Assembly: GCA_951406725.2 (NCBI GenBank)
Contig: OX597814.1
Span: forward strand, 44,764,001 to 44,828,000
Direction of reading: 5' to 3'
DNA from: Octopus vulgaris
Taxonomy: Eukaryota
DNA length: 64,000 nucleotides
Under the pieces are notes generated by a model that was not told where the DNA came from, did not search any database, and worked only from the letters and a program-made list of their open reading frames with translations. Positions 11,711 through 25,749 of the stretch are shown here, one piece after another. The position numbers and the translations under genes are program-made. Positions within the stretch are counted from its first letter, which is position 1, and each line of letters begins with the position of its first letter.

Positions 11711-13596
11711 TCACTTAGCCATACCGATACTAATATACTACTGTTAGAATTCAATATACATATATACATGTGCTTCAGAACGAAGCGTCTGTACAGACCA
11801 GTAATAAGAAATTAGAATGACAAAGAAATATGCAATTATATTAAGGTACTTCATTAGCTTACGGCTGTTTCTGCTACAGAAGATGCAATGGAGTCATATT
11901 AGAATGCTTGAGTAGCATCCTATAGCTTCATGAGGCCATCAAACATGCACTCAAATATGAATGCATTTCAGTTCGTTGCAGAAACAGATGTAAGACAATA
12001 AATTTCATAACATAATTTTTTATTTATTTTTATTTCGTATATGTGTGTGTGTGTGTGTGTGTGTGTCTGTCAGTGTATACACACACACACACATACACAC
12101 ATATACACACACACATGCACATATACGTATTATAAAACTCGTGTTAACTGGAACATTAATTTTTATCTGATTGCTTAATCAACCAATCTGAATGGTTGAA
12201 TAAGCAATCAAGCGAAACTTAAAGCCAGAGTCAGAATGAGCTTTACACTAAATTTGACCCTATTTTCAGTGTTGTGACCTCACGTCAGTAAATGTTCTGT
12301 TAATAGTCTTAAACTTGTTTCCATAGTACAAACATATGCGCACGCAGTCATACAAACGCACACTCCATACAAACACTCACACACACATGCACATACACAC
12401 ACGTTTGTATGTGTTTACTTTAGTATATGTTCGTAAGTGTTAGATTTCTGATTATCCTTTAAATTATAATCATCTATATGCACACGCTCACATGCAAATA
12501 CACAAAAGCTTATGTATATGTATATTTATGTGTGTGTAAATATATATATATATATATATATATTTATTTATATATATATATATATATATAATCTCTCCTT
12601 ATCGCCCATTTCTCTCTATATCTATGTTTATTTCCATCTGTATAGAACACTATACGGAGTATGATATGTAGAAGAGAATCAGTGTTTAAAATCACAGCGA
12701 TATGATGAATTATATTAAACGAAAAAATGAATAAAAATTTTAATGATTAATATTGCAGGTGTCGAGTGAATAAATACCTAGGAAATTTTAACACAACGCA
12801 ACAGTACTTGTTTCAACATAAAATTTCAGAACAAATACACACATATAAATACACCCGTTTGCAGACACACGCACACTCGCATTCATGCACACGCTCACAC
12901 ATACACACATACACGCATAGATATATAATCGAATAGATATATATATGTATATGTATTCACGCATCCATTTATAGGTACATATATATTTATTTACTTATAT
13001 ATATATTACACGGCTTAAACGGATAGTGTAAACAGAATGTTTGCATCCATAGAATCACACACATAAGCGAACAGATTTGTAATCTTCATCGGTGCAATCA
13101 ATAAACTCAATCAACGTCAGACGATGAAGTTAGTGTGGATAGTTATAGCAATACGTTTCCATGGGGTTTTATCAAAATAACTGAAATATACGCATTTAGG
13201 AACAGATATTTAAATTCCTTTTTTTCTTTTATGCCGATGATATACAAAACAGCTTTCATTCAAACAACAAACCAATACTTCCTAAAAAAAAGTGTCCAAA
13301 ACACCAACGTTTATATTTATAAAAAGATACTGACTCTTCTACCCCATAAGAAACGTCACTCTATGGTGGAGGCCACAGTGTGGTCCTCAGATTGGTATTG
13401 GTATTCTATGACTACTTGTGTATCATATGATTGCAGGTATCGTACAATATATCATCAACTGCAAGTTATAAGCGTTGTTCAGATCTCTCAACCGTCTACA
13501 AACACGTCTCCATAAATCCTCCTGATTTCTCATACATTAGTAATTTTAAATAAAGCTTCCCAGTAGATGGGCTCCGCTTTTCAGTAAAAGAGTACA

Positions 13597-14127
13597 GGGG
13601 CAGGTGGAGCTATGTAATTAAGAAACTTGCTTCACAATCATGTGGACTTCGGTTCAGACCTTCTATATGGTATCTTATGGAAGTGTTTTCTATTATAACC
13701 CTGGGTCGACTAAAGCTTTTTAAATGGGTTTGGGAAATGGAAATTGATAGAAGCTCGTCATTTATATGTGTGAGTATGTGTGTATGTTTATGTGATAGTA
13801 TATCTTTCTACGTGCGTACGTGTGCTCGAACACATACACACATAAAGATGTAAGCGAATAAATATATATGTATGTATGCATGTATGTATATATGTGTATT
13901 GGGGCATCCACATATAGACACATGTATTTTACTCATACATATTTCAAGGCTAAATTACAATTTTGCTGCCTCTCCTGAACAATCTGGATCAGTAGAATGT
14001 TTTCCCACTGACAAAATAAGGTAGGTATAGGCTCATTTAAAAACCAAATATAGCAGGAGATTTTTTTAGGTGTGTTACATTTCAAAGTTCTTTAAATTAG
14101 CTAAGGGATTAAAATCTCTCTCTCTCT

Positions 14128-14179
<52 letters not shown>

Positions 14180-14645
14180 CATGTGCCTTTCACAAACAGG
14201 TGTTGACTATCATCATAGGTATTCTTGCCTAAGCCTGAAGATTTATGGCTTTCTTGGGAAACAGATTTGTTTTTCCGTTGACCTCTGCTGATTTCTCTAC
14301 AGTTCATTGTAATAACCTATTTTCATAAGCTTACTCTTGAGGAGTAAAGCTCATTTACTCCTCATACAGTATATCACACCATACTCACATTGTAATCATA
14401 CCCATTCTCTGGAGGGTCTATGAGACCCATATGTGTCTTTATGTTTGTGTTCGTCCCCTACCAACGTATGACAGTCGTTGTTGGTTAGTTTTAAGTCCCC
14501 ATAATTTAGTGGTTCGTCAAGAAGACACGATAGAGCAGTTACCAGGCTTTAAAAAAATGAGGGGTCGATTTGTTCAACTGAATCCTTCAAGTTGCTGTCC
14601 TAGCATGGTTGCAGTTCAAAGACGAAAACAAGTAAAATTTAAAAA
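13597..14645 (+). mobile_element. Old, split SINE family A fragments (head about 13597-13765, tail about 14430-14645)
   Basis: Diverged similarity to the 2536 and 30587 copies. Confidence 0.6.
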
Positions 14646-15489
14646 GATAGAATATATCTCCTCAGACTCTACGTACATTTATTGAGTTCTCGGTAAAAAA
14701 AAAAAAGAAAAGGCAAGAAACGTATGTAAATTCGATTCCGCATTTCGTTACAATCATTACACATCATTCTGTATGGCTACCCGTTCATGTTACAACTGCG
14801 ATAATCGAATACTTTTTGTTCTGCAATATACTTCCAAAATCTATAACATATCATCAATGCCATTGTTACAGCTGCCTCTCTCCCCCAAACCATACACTTA
14901 ATATTTGAAAACTTCTGGAACTCATAAATCGCCACACTATCCGTGCAAATAGCGACAGTTGAGAACTTCAGCCATCTTCAGTTTGTAATATATATACATG
15001 GATATGGACATGCGTGTGTTTATGTGTGTGCAAAATACGCCTATAAGCATAAGAAATGAGAAAGCTCGACAATACATTGCTGTGATTTAATAATGCAATG
15101 CAATCAACGCTGAGAATATCACTGTAGTTGGCTCTAGACTCTTGCGATTATGTAATAATTTCATAATATATTCATCAGATTATTCTAGAACTCAAAACAC
15201 AGTTTCCTTTCCCTTTGGACGAAAGTGGAAATTTTGGAATAAAAAGTTTTATGCATTCTCTATATAAATCAGAAGACGTCGGAGAAATGGAAAGAGAAAA
15301 GGGCGTAATACTCAGATACTCATCTAATAATTTATCTCACTTCACTTAAGAAAAACTGACAGAATGATGCAGGATGTGAGGAAGGTACGTAGATATAAAG
15401 ATAGATAAAAGTAAAGCGCAAAGAGAGATAAAAAGCCAGAAAAAAAAGGAAGAGCGAGCGGGGTATATTAACGAGGAAGAAAACAAAGC

Positions 15490-15583
15490 AAAAAGGTGGA
15501 AGGAAAGAAAGAAAAGAGGTAAAAGCGATGCAACAAAAGAAAGAAAGAAAGAACGAAAGAAAGAAACAAACAAACAAAGCAAG

Positions 15584-15624
<41 letters not shown>

Positions 15625-15676
15625 AACAAACAAACAAACAAACAAACAAAGAAACAAAGCAAGAAAGAAAGAACGA

Positions 15677-15751
<75 letters not shown>
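15490..15751. repeat. (GAAA)n/(GA)n/(CAAA)n purine-rich microsatellite
   Basis: Direct observation. Confidence 0.95.
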
Positions 15752-15753
<2 letters not shown>

Positions 15754-17429
15754 TATGAATAGATAAAATAGGTGGTAAGAAATATAGATCGATATTAGCA
15801 TGAGTGGGAATGGATAAATGTAACATCACCTGGTTTTCTCAATCCTACTCGCTTAATGTAAAATGTTATATAGCTAAAATGTTCCTCAAATTGGCAAGTA
15901 TTACCTGTTTCAGCCAATTATGTAGGAAACTAACATATAATCGTAATACAAACATGAAAGACGTCATTTTCATACAAACTCGCAACCTAAGGAAAGCTGT
16001 TTTTGCTTACTCAGCAATCCACCTCTATATTGAAGAGATTACCTCTCTAACAGAATGTTAGCAATAAAATTCCAATCAAGACAATACTATCATGCGATAT
16101 ATAAGGATGCGTGAAAGAAAATTTGCGAAACATTATAGCTCTTACAAACATTATGCTGGATATGATATTGAGACTCCAGCTCGGGATTTCAGAAGTTTTG
16201 CGGAATTACGCCTTAGCCACTACTACTCCTAGGTTCACTTTGGCCAGCAGCGATAGTACCTGCCAAAGACTCAAGTTGTGTGTAAAGTACACAGCATTCA
16301 GAAGTGAACTGAAACCCAAATAAGGGTCTTATGGGCATCATCAGATATCACGTGAACCAGTCCCTCTGCATGAGGAGTAAATAGACTCTATGTTTCAAAC
16401 GTAAGCTCGGGAAAATAGGAGATTATTACAATGAACTGTAAAGAAACCAGTAGTGGTCAACAGAAAAACAATCTTCAGACTTAGGCATAGAAATCTGATA
16501 GTCAATGCCTACTTCTGAATGACACGTGAAGAGAAAGAGAGAGATTTTAATCCCTTAGGTAATTTGAGGAAGTTTGAAATGTAACGCGCACCAAAAAACA
16601 CCTGCTGTATTTGGTTACTGAATGAATTGACACCTCATTTATTTTGTCAGGGGGAAAACATTATAATGATCTAGATTGTTCAGGAAAGGCAACAAAATTG
16701 TAATTTATTCACTGGTGATAAAAGAAGAATAATGAAGCATAATAAGATGCCTAATCCGAATCGATCAGGGATATATAATCTCGAAGGGAATTTCATGTCG
16801 CGAAACTGGTCCGAAATACAACAAACACAGACAAAAGTACCTCCATACCACTTTCCGGCAAAACATTTAATAAAATAACGTCCGTACTTCATATTATACT
16901 CCTATAATCGGCTTCAGAATTTAACACGTATATCCGCACATCTCCATTCGTTCAGACTCTTCATGTGCTATCCTTTCTTATACATTTACCTACCTTATTA
17001 ACTAACTATCGATATAATCTAGCGTTTTAATAGTTGATTGTATGACAAACTCGCACACACAAACGAATATATGCACACATAAAGCTCACTCAGAAAGACT
17101 TATACACTAGCAGCACTGTGTTTCCTGGGGCTAAATAGCAATTGCATTCTTCACTTTCCTGGGACTGCCACTCTATCGTGCTCAGAGAGAGACTGTATAA
17201 GTCTCTGTGAGAGACTGTATAGGTCTCTATGAGACATTTAGAAATGCAATATTTCTAATTTTGTACATCAGTGAATGTATTTCACTTGACATTCTATAAG
17301 TTTTCAGAGGCGAATAAGCATCGACAGCCACCAACCCACGTTTTTGTTGTTTTTTGAAGAACTGTAGCCGACTTTTTTGTGCAAAGCCACCGTTGTTGGG
17401 TGGTAATGAATAATTGAGAAAAATAAAAA

Positions 17430-18700
17430 GTTATGCACAAGATACTGGAGGTCGAGTTCCCCTAGACCCAAGTGTGCCGAAACACGAGATGGTATAGTGG
17501 AATGCAGAGCTGATAGAGAAATATAGTATTATGGTAGAGAACGAAGAGTCAAATATAAAACTGACGCTACCAGAGGAGGAAAAAGCGAAAATGGAAAAAA
17601 GATGGTCACATTCAGAACATTTTCAAATATAAACAGAAGAATTGAACACTCGCCGCCGGAAGAAATAGAAGAAATTTTGTAAAGACATACAGGAGACAGC
17701 ATAGTGTTCTTTACGAGAGGAAAGAGATATGCGTTTATAGTGGTAACCTTTGTATCAGTAGAGGGGGCGGAAGAAACTGCCAAGAGGATGATACAGAGAG
17801 AGGAATGGACATTGATGCCGAACTGTTTGGATAAATGAATGGTAAGAATTAAGGTGGGGAGAATCCCACCGTCAATAGAGTCAGAGAGGATAATAGCGGC
17901 GATTTTTTATTCGAAGATAAGGAAGGAAAGCGAAGACGTGAAGATGGGCATGATAAGCCGAAACCAACAAGTGAAGTGCTGGGGCAACGGATTAGAGATA
18001 ATTAGTACAGTGGGCCCGTAATATTACGACGAAATACCTGAAACTTTCGTTGGAGATAATGTTGGAGAGGAGACCTCGAAAGTGTTACGAATATGGTGAA
18101 AGAGGGCACTTGAGAAAGAAAGGGCCTAGAGCAATGGAAATTGTAGAGGAGAGTATTCAGGAGAATATAATAGTGGAGAAACAGCAGAAAAAGATAACAG
18201 AACAAGACGGGAATTTTGCGGAGGTGAAAGCAAGAAAAATAGATAGGAGGAAGTCACCAACGATAGTGGAATTGAAGAGGTACAAAGCAACGGAAGAGGT
18301 AACTCAACCTACGACAAGAAACAGTCGGATAACCAGTAGGATAATCAGTAAAGGACTTACAAGTACAGAAACATTCAGACCCACAGACATTCAAACACAC
18401 AGACATACAAACTCACAGAAGTGTAGACGAAAAGAAACGAGATAATTCAGAATTACGGAAACCTAAAAACATAGACGTACAGACGAAACACTCAGAATTA
18501 CAGTCAAACGAACACACAGACACACAAACACACAGACACAATCACAGGAAAGCCAAGAATTACGGAAATACAGAGCCAAAAAACAGAAACACGCAAGACA
18601 CAAACAGAAGTAAGGTTTATAATGAAATATAGGACACCTCAAAGTTAAAAGAATTTCAAAATTGAAAGACATTATGAAAGAGTGAATCCACTGGGGCCGG
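17430..18700 (+). pseudogene. L1/Tx1-like LINE ORF1 remnant
   Basis: VRIKVGRIPP and a degenerate zinc knuckle (RKCYEYGERGHLRKKGP); basic, repetitive C-terminus; stops present. Confidence 0.65.
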
Positions 18701-18869
18701 AGGTGGATGTTGAACCTCGCGCCTCGGTGGTGAATTATGTGGACGAAAAGGAGAAGATGAAGTGGTAAGTCGCGATTTATTTAAAAGACTGTGAAATATT
18801 TCGCTATTGCCCACTAGAGGCCGACAAAGATGAGAACAGCACAATCTGATTTGGGGTCAGATTTTCGAT

Positions 18870-20260
18870 ATGTAATTACAATGAAAATAAAGATAAAAAT
18901 TAAAGCATATATAAACGAACTTTTATACATTACAAACGGACAATACAAATACAGTGGTGTTTGAGTTCAGCCCCACCACTGATACGTTTTCACACTTTAT
19001 AGCATATTCACGAGGTTCCATTCACTCGTAACACTCATGCTACATACTCCCATCTTTCGTTGAACATTTTCTCCGACAGACACCTCTACTCCAGCTACAC
19101 TTACCTTTTCAGGTGAAAAGGGAAATACCCTTGCAAGGCGCGGCCGGAGATAAAGCTGCCTGCTTTGACTGCTTTCATCTTTGTCGTCCATACCTCCTCT
19201 TTCGCTATTGCTACTACGATGAGAAAGCAATTTTCCGGTCTCGAGCCAACACAATCTAAGCGCGCATCGCAGATAGTGTTAAAGTCTCCTAACAGAACTA
19301 AAGAATGCGACATGGCTAGAAATCTCCCTAGGTCACGGAAATATTCACTTTTTGGACTAATAAGTTTGGGTGCATAAACTGCAACCAGTCTGTCTTGTCG
19401 CAAGTCAAGTACAGAACGACCAGCTTGCCTTATAGATCAGAAAAAAACAACTTTTTTCGGAAACCCTGTTCCTTTTTAATAGGACCAACAACCCACTTCT
19501 ACCTCCCGCCCGACACGGAAAAGCGTATTTCTCGTGACCTCTCTTGGCCCTCTTAACTTGGTTTCTATAGCAACAATTACCTCTAAATCCCGCTACCTGA
19601 TGTCATTTAGGAAGCGTCTTTGCTTCCGGCTCAACATTAGGCCACGTACATTCAAGGAACCAATGTGAATAACCATAACGTTTTTTTTACCTTTTCAATT
19701 TGAATTATCAGGTGGAGGAGAAGTCTCCACCTTTTTCTTTTCTTCCTCTCGCGGGATCGGGGCCGGTAATTCATTAAATATAGAATTACTAAAGTTCATT
19801 CTCATTGTAGAAACTGCCTTAGGATATTTGTTCTGTAAAATTCTAAGTCTTATTTCGGACTTCATACACATAATAATTGGTAAATTTCTCCGAAATGTTA
19901 TCAATTTTTTTTTGCAGTCTTTAACAATTGAATGTGTCACATTAGCTCGGTATCTTTAGTATATATCGTTAATATGCCTTTTTCCTCTTTTTTTCTTCTG
20001 GCTGTTTTTTTTTTTTTTGGGGGGGGTCGTTGATCTGTAGTAGTCGCCGCTCTCGGTTGAGTTGCTGATTGTATTTTTCTTTTGTTTGTTTTTTCTTCTT
20101 TTTCGTTTTCGTTTTCCTCTTTTTCTTCTTCCTCTTTTTCTTCTTTCTTCTCTTCCTCCTCTTCCTTTCCTTGCAATTCTTTCGAATGTGGACTAATTGG
20201 CCACACACAAACAATATGAGGGCCTCGTCTATGAGAGGATCCATTACAACCGTTGGAAAA
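18870..20260 (-). mobile_element. Internally deleted L1/Tx1-like LINE: ORF1 end, ORF2 APE endonuclease, ORF2 C-terminus
   Basis: ORF2 ATG at 19676 gives MVIHIGSLNVRGL...IVAIETK; RLVAVYAP; LVLLGDFN; then a jump to KMFNERWEYVA near 19050. Confidence 0.8.
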
Positions 20261-21880
20261 AACATCAACTAAATAACAAAATCAAAGAGAGGTTATCTTC
20301 ATTACTTAGGAAAATAACCAGAGATTATGATAGAAAGAGAATCCAACAAGATCTAGAAAGTCATACATGAAAGAATTTGAAATGGTGAAGACACGCCAGA
20401 TTAAGAAGTTTATAAAACTCATAGGTCAGAGAATGAAGGCTGAAGTCCAATCACCCACCTGTGAAAGCAGTAATTAATGTAAGTAGCCGACATGTAGACA
20501 GCTCTGAAGAAGCAGTATTAAACAAAGGTCTCAAATTTGCGACAACCATTAAGCGCATTCCATGCTTGGACATAATAGCCCCTGTTGAAGAGATAGCCGT
20601 AAAGATACCAAGAGCTCAGGCAGATGAAGGTGGAAAGTGAGACAGGTACTAGAAAAAGCAAAACTACGCAAACTAAACATCACTAAGGAAGAAACATTCG
20701 CTAACAAAAAACTACAAAGTGAAAATTCCATCATAATATTTCCAGCAGAGAAGGGAAATGCTACAGTGGTGATAAACATGTCTGACTACTCGGAAAAACT
20801 GCCAAGTCTTAGAAGTGATGGTAGCTTTAAAATCAGAGGGGAAGTTGTCACAAATCTTGATCAAGAACAAGGATCACTTTTCTCTAAAGAAGTACAGACA
20901 AGTGACTCAACACTACAGTAAACTACCGCACACGTACGGTCTTCCTAAGATTCACAAGGATGGTATTCCATTAAGACCTATAGTGAGCAGCTGTAGAGGT
21001 TTAGCATGCCATCCACTGCGCCATTTCCTTGTGCATATAATCAGTACATTAGCAGGAAAGTCAACATCGTACGTAAAGAATTCCACCCACTTCACAGAAT
21101 TGATAAAGGATACCCCCATTGAATCCAACCAGATGGTGAGTCTAGATGTTCATCAAAGTCCCAACTGGTGAAGCACTATCGGTGATTCAAGAAAACCTAG
21201 TGACAGACACCCATCTAAAAGAACGCACTAGTATACCAATAAGAAACTTGATGTTTACCTGTGTAGAAACTACCTACTTCAGTATGGACGCTGATATATA
21301 TCGACAAGAAGAGAGTTTAGCTGGGATTTGATGGGCTTAGCTAAACCCTCTTCTTGTCGATATATAATTATCGATATATATCACCGATAATAGGCAATAT
21401 ATACATAGAATACTTTGAGTATTTAGCTTTAGGATCAACACCGCTAAAACCAACCCTATTGCTGCGATATGTTGATGCCACCTTCATACTCTGGCCCCGC
21501 CAGGAAGATGTTCAAGTGCTGTAAGATCATGTGAATTCAGTAAAGCCATCCATTAAGTTCGCAATTGAAAAAGAAAAAGACGATCAGCTAGGATTCCTGG
21601 ACATATTATTAACATGCACCAAGTTTGGATTCAGGATATCCGTATACCGCAAGCCGACTTTCACTGGACGATACCTCAACTTCAACTCCCACCATCCATA
21701 CAGTGTAAAGAGAGGGATTGCTCACTGCCTATAACATCGAGCAATGAATATAAGTAGCGATCGTGATACCCACCACGAAAATATGATCAAGATCAATAAC
21801 AGTCTATTAAGCAACAACTTCCCCCAAAACATACTATTCACTCCAATTATGAAGAAGATATGGGATGAAACCAATAAACT
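20230..21880 (+). pseudogene. Penelope-like element reverse transcriptase, decayed
   Basis: LNKGLKFA, IIIFPAEKGNATVV, YGLPKIHKDGIPLRPIVS, SYVKNS, LRYVDATF, IKFAIEKEKDDQLGFLDILL, SVYRKPTFTGRYLNFNSHHP are characteristic PLE RT/thumb motifs; frameshifts and stops. Confidence 0.93.
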
Positions 21881-21884
21881 GTGA

Positions 21885-23290
21885 ACTGTTATTTTTTACA
21901 CTTTACAGGTTATTTTTTCTGACAATTTTTTCTTGTCATTCGTGACAAGGTTTTTGAAAAAGTGTTGATATGGAATTTGGCTTCTCGTCAAAAAAGGACT
22001 TTCCCGAAATGGGAAAAGGAAATACAACCGTGAACCAGCGAGTTACCAAGGAGAAACAGAGTTTATCAGCTGCGGTAGACGGCAACGTTACGGAGCTTGA
22101 AGTAACTATGGACCAGTTTTTCAGGTTTAGAAACCTAATTAAAAAAAGTGGAGCGGATACCAAGTTGTTGTCACCCCTGAGACAGTACAAGCTATTAATG
22201 CGAGAACATTTGTGTACAAAAGGGAGGGAAGGGAAGAGAGGTAAAGAAAGGGAGGAAAGCCACTTGTCAGGCGCTCTGTTTGCTGCCAGGAACCGCTAAA
22301 GGGTGGGTTGGGGATGCGCAGGCATGCATTGAGGCTGAGACATCTCTGGCGTTACCAGGAGGGTGATAAGGTGTGGAATCTGCTGGCTGAGGAATGAATT
22401 CTTTCCGCGAATTTCGAGCGATATAAACTCGTGCTCATCCACAACACGGGCAAGGCTAGTAGTGGGAATACCACCTCGGTTTTGTATAGAGGGTTAGTAG
22501 AGCACAACAACAATGACGCCCCTAGGAGGGTCTCTAGGGTTCGGTGGGAACCAACTTACCAACCTGTTCAAAAAAACTTTCGGGCCAGGGTAATTGGATA
22601 ATTACCCAGAATCCCTGACCTGGCAGTGCCACAAGAGCGTTTTGCCTGTTCGCGATAAGTTATCCAGGCACGGAATGTCAGTGCCAACAACATGTCCAAG
22701 ATGTGGGCTGGACGATGAATCCGTCCAGCTTTTTTACGTTATCAGAAGCTGTCAGGCTCGGTGATTTACGTCGAACGCGTGTTGTCGCATCTGGGAAGAG
22801 TACAGCTCTCGGCTGAATCTATAATAAAGATTATGCCGCCAACTGGACTCTCGAAGGAAGGTGAGGTATGTTTTTCTCTACAGTTGCTGTGCTGAAAGAA
22901 TGTGCGTTGAAGACTAGAATGCAAGGACTCGTGATGAGATCCTTCAGCTCTGGCCTTGGTTTGCTACAATTCTTCAGATATCCTCTGAAGAGCAAGATGG
23001 GGCTGGAGAGAAGGATCCTGTCGTGAAGTGCGTTTGAGGAAAGATGGAAGGCTGTGTTAAGAAAGGTGGATGCAAGTAACCCTACTTAATCTGCATTAGA
23101 AAAAAAAATAGGGGTAGTCGCTGGGCCTTTGCGGCAACCGGGCATAATCCCCTTCCCAAAAGGAAAAAAGACTATAAATTAAAATTAATCATTTCATTAA
23201 AATTTTTAAATAAGAATCATTCGAATTCATATTAGCTTTTTTGTATGTGTCCTGTGCTGTACCATCTATGTGTAACACTTATTGTCTTGA
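21885..23290 (+). mobile_element. Internally deleted L1/Tx1-like LINE lying between the Penelope RT and its 3' repeat
   Basis: zf-RVT-like SLTWQCHKSVLPVRDKLSRHG...CPRCGLDDESVQ at about 22610-22730; C-terminus FEERWKAVLRK*; A-rich 3' region; ORF1-like start at 21970. Confidence 0.75.
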
Positions 23291-23321
23291 TCAAAAATTC
23301 AGATAGCCTGCCAAGCTACTC

Positions 23322-23360
23322 CAGACTGATGAAGAGCAATGACTCTGAAACTAGTCTCTG
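23322..23360 (+). ncRNA. Minimal Penelope-type type I hammerhead ribozyme
   Basis: CAGA-CUGAUGA-AGAG(CAAUGA)CUCU-GAAA-CUAG-UC-UCUG: all core nucleotides present, 4-bp stems I and II, palindromic CUAG loop in stem III, GUC cleavage; same strand as the upstream PLE RT. Confidence 0.9.
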
Positions 23361-23526
23361 ATTGTTGGCTTTATTGGATGGAGGTACTTATCTCCCCTGT
23401 TTGAAATCTTAAGGACACAGAGCGCTTGTGTCACATAGTATACGGTATACTTGGGGCTAAATAGCAGTAGCATTCTTCCCTTTCCTGGGTCTTCCATATT
23501 AATTTGGCAACAAACCATCTCTTTAT

Positions 23527-23738
<212 letters not shown>

Positions 23739-24478
23739 TCGGTCTATTCGTTTGACGTAAGCCCTTACTAGTAATCATGCGTTTGTTAGCAATATTTCCT
23801 GCACAGTTATAAAGGGTAATGGGTTCTTGATGAAATTCCCATAAGAATTTAAACTAATTGAGCTAATCCGTTTTCCATCAGTATTCGAAGTTAGTGCATA
23901 CAATGAAACGCTCTTTGTATCTGTCTATACGTACGACTTGGCTAAAAGCTCATGAAGCATCTTATAGTGCAATATACCATCGAAACAAACCATTCTATTT
24001 ACACACAAGCAATTTAAATGCATACATATAAATACTTACACACACAGATATACATATATAGGCACACACACACACGCGCGCGCATATATGTGTAGATATA
24101 CACATACACAAGCATAATCACATACACATGCAAATACGTTTGCATATAAGCGTGTGTGTCATGTTGTGGCGAAAGAGAAAACGAAATATATAAGTTTCCA
24201 AGCAGAAGAGAAAATAATTGGAATTCCGTAATGTGTCTCTGTTTTAATATTCAAAACAATTTAGCAGAAGTTAGGCTAATAAAATTGATATTCATAGCTA
24301 TAATCTCAGGAGTAAGCATGTAATTCTCTCTTAGGGCAATATAAGTCAATAACCGGTTTAAGAATTCCAAAAAGGAAATAAAAACTTTGTAAGAGCGTAT
24401 ACATGAAATATAGATAGAAAGGTTGATATATAAGTAAATATATATAAATACTCACAGAGACACACATATACACATACG

Positions 24479-24511
<33 letters not shown>

Positions 24512-24516
24512 GTATG

Positions 24517-24547
<31 letters not shown>

Positions 24548-24678
24548 ATGTATAACAGTATATATATATATATATATATATTCATATATAAAATTGTGTG
24601 CGTATATATATATATATATATATATATGTACATATATATAATATTCACACAGAGAGATAGGTATACTTATATATAGTC

Positions 24679-24737
<59 letters not shown>

Positions 24738-24768
24738 TTATATTTACAAATGTATAGGAATACATAAG

Positions 24769-24799
<31 letters not shown>

Positions 24800-25749
24800 A
24801 TTTATATATATATATATTTATATATATATATACATATTAGTACATATATGTGTGTGTGTGTGTGTGCGTGTGAATACAGACAAGCACACACAGACATACG
24901 TACGTACATACAAAGATATATATGCATATTTTAATGTGTAAATTTATGTATGTGTGCGAACGAGTGTGTGCGGAATAATTTGTGAGGGCACGTATGTATC
25001 TTTATATGTGCATGCAAGTCTTTGTTTGTATGACTTTGTGACTGCCAGGCAAATTCTGTTTAGATGTACATATATTTCCAAGCGTATGACAAGTTGTGTA
25101 TCTGTGAATATTTATATATATATATATGTATATATATATACCTGAACGAATATATAATGGCAGCTAGCGACAATTATACGCATATGCATTGACACAAACA
25201 AGCATACATACACGCACACATACACACTCTCTCTCTCTCACACACACACACTCTCTCACACACTCTCTCTCTCTCTCTCTCACACACACACTCTCTCTCT
25301 CTCTCTCACACACACTCTTTCTACATATCAATATATATACAGAGGGAGAGGGGAAGAGAGAAAATGAAAAACGAAAATATATATGAAATAATACGTTTGC
25401 TCTGAGGATATATACATGTTCGTGCGAACACAGACACACACACACACACATATACATACATACATACACACATACATACATACATATACATATATACAGT
25501 TGTGTCTGTATTTTTGTACGTATATACTATCATACATTCAGAGCTACGCACGCACACACACACAGACGCGCACACACACAGACGCACGTACACACACACA
25601 CACACACACAAACGCACACAATCTATTATGCTTGATAATTGATGTAGTAGTGAAAGAAATGAGTTATAAGTTGACGTCAAAAAGAATGAGAGGCATTTCA
25701 GTATGGTGTCGCTAACGTTGATTACCTTTTTACATGGCCATATATGTTT

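Noticed and set aside
16107-16232. 41-codon ATG ORF (MRERKFAKHY...) after a TATA-like sequence
   Set aside because: The length is expected by chance, the TATA is too close to the ATG, and I recognise no homology.
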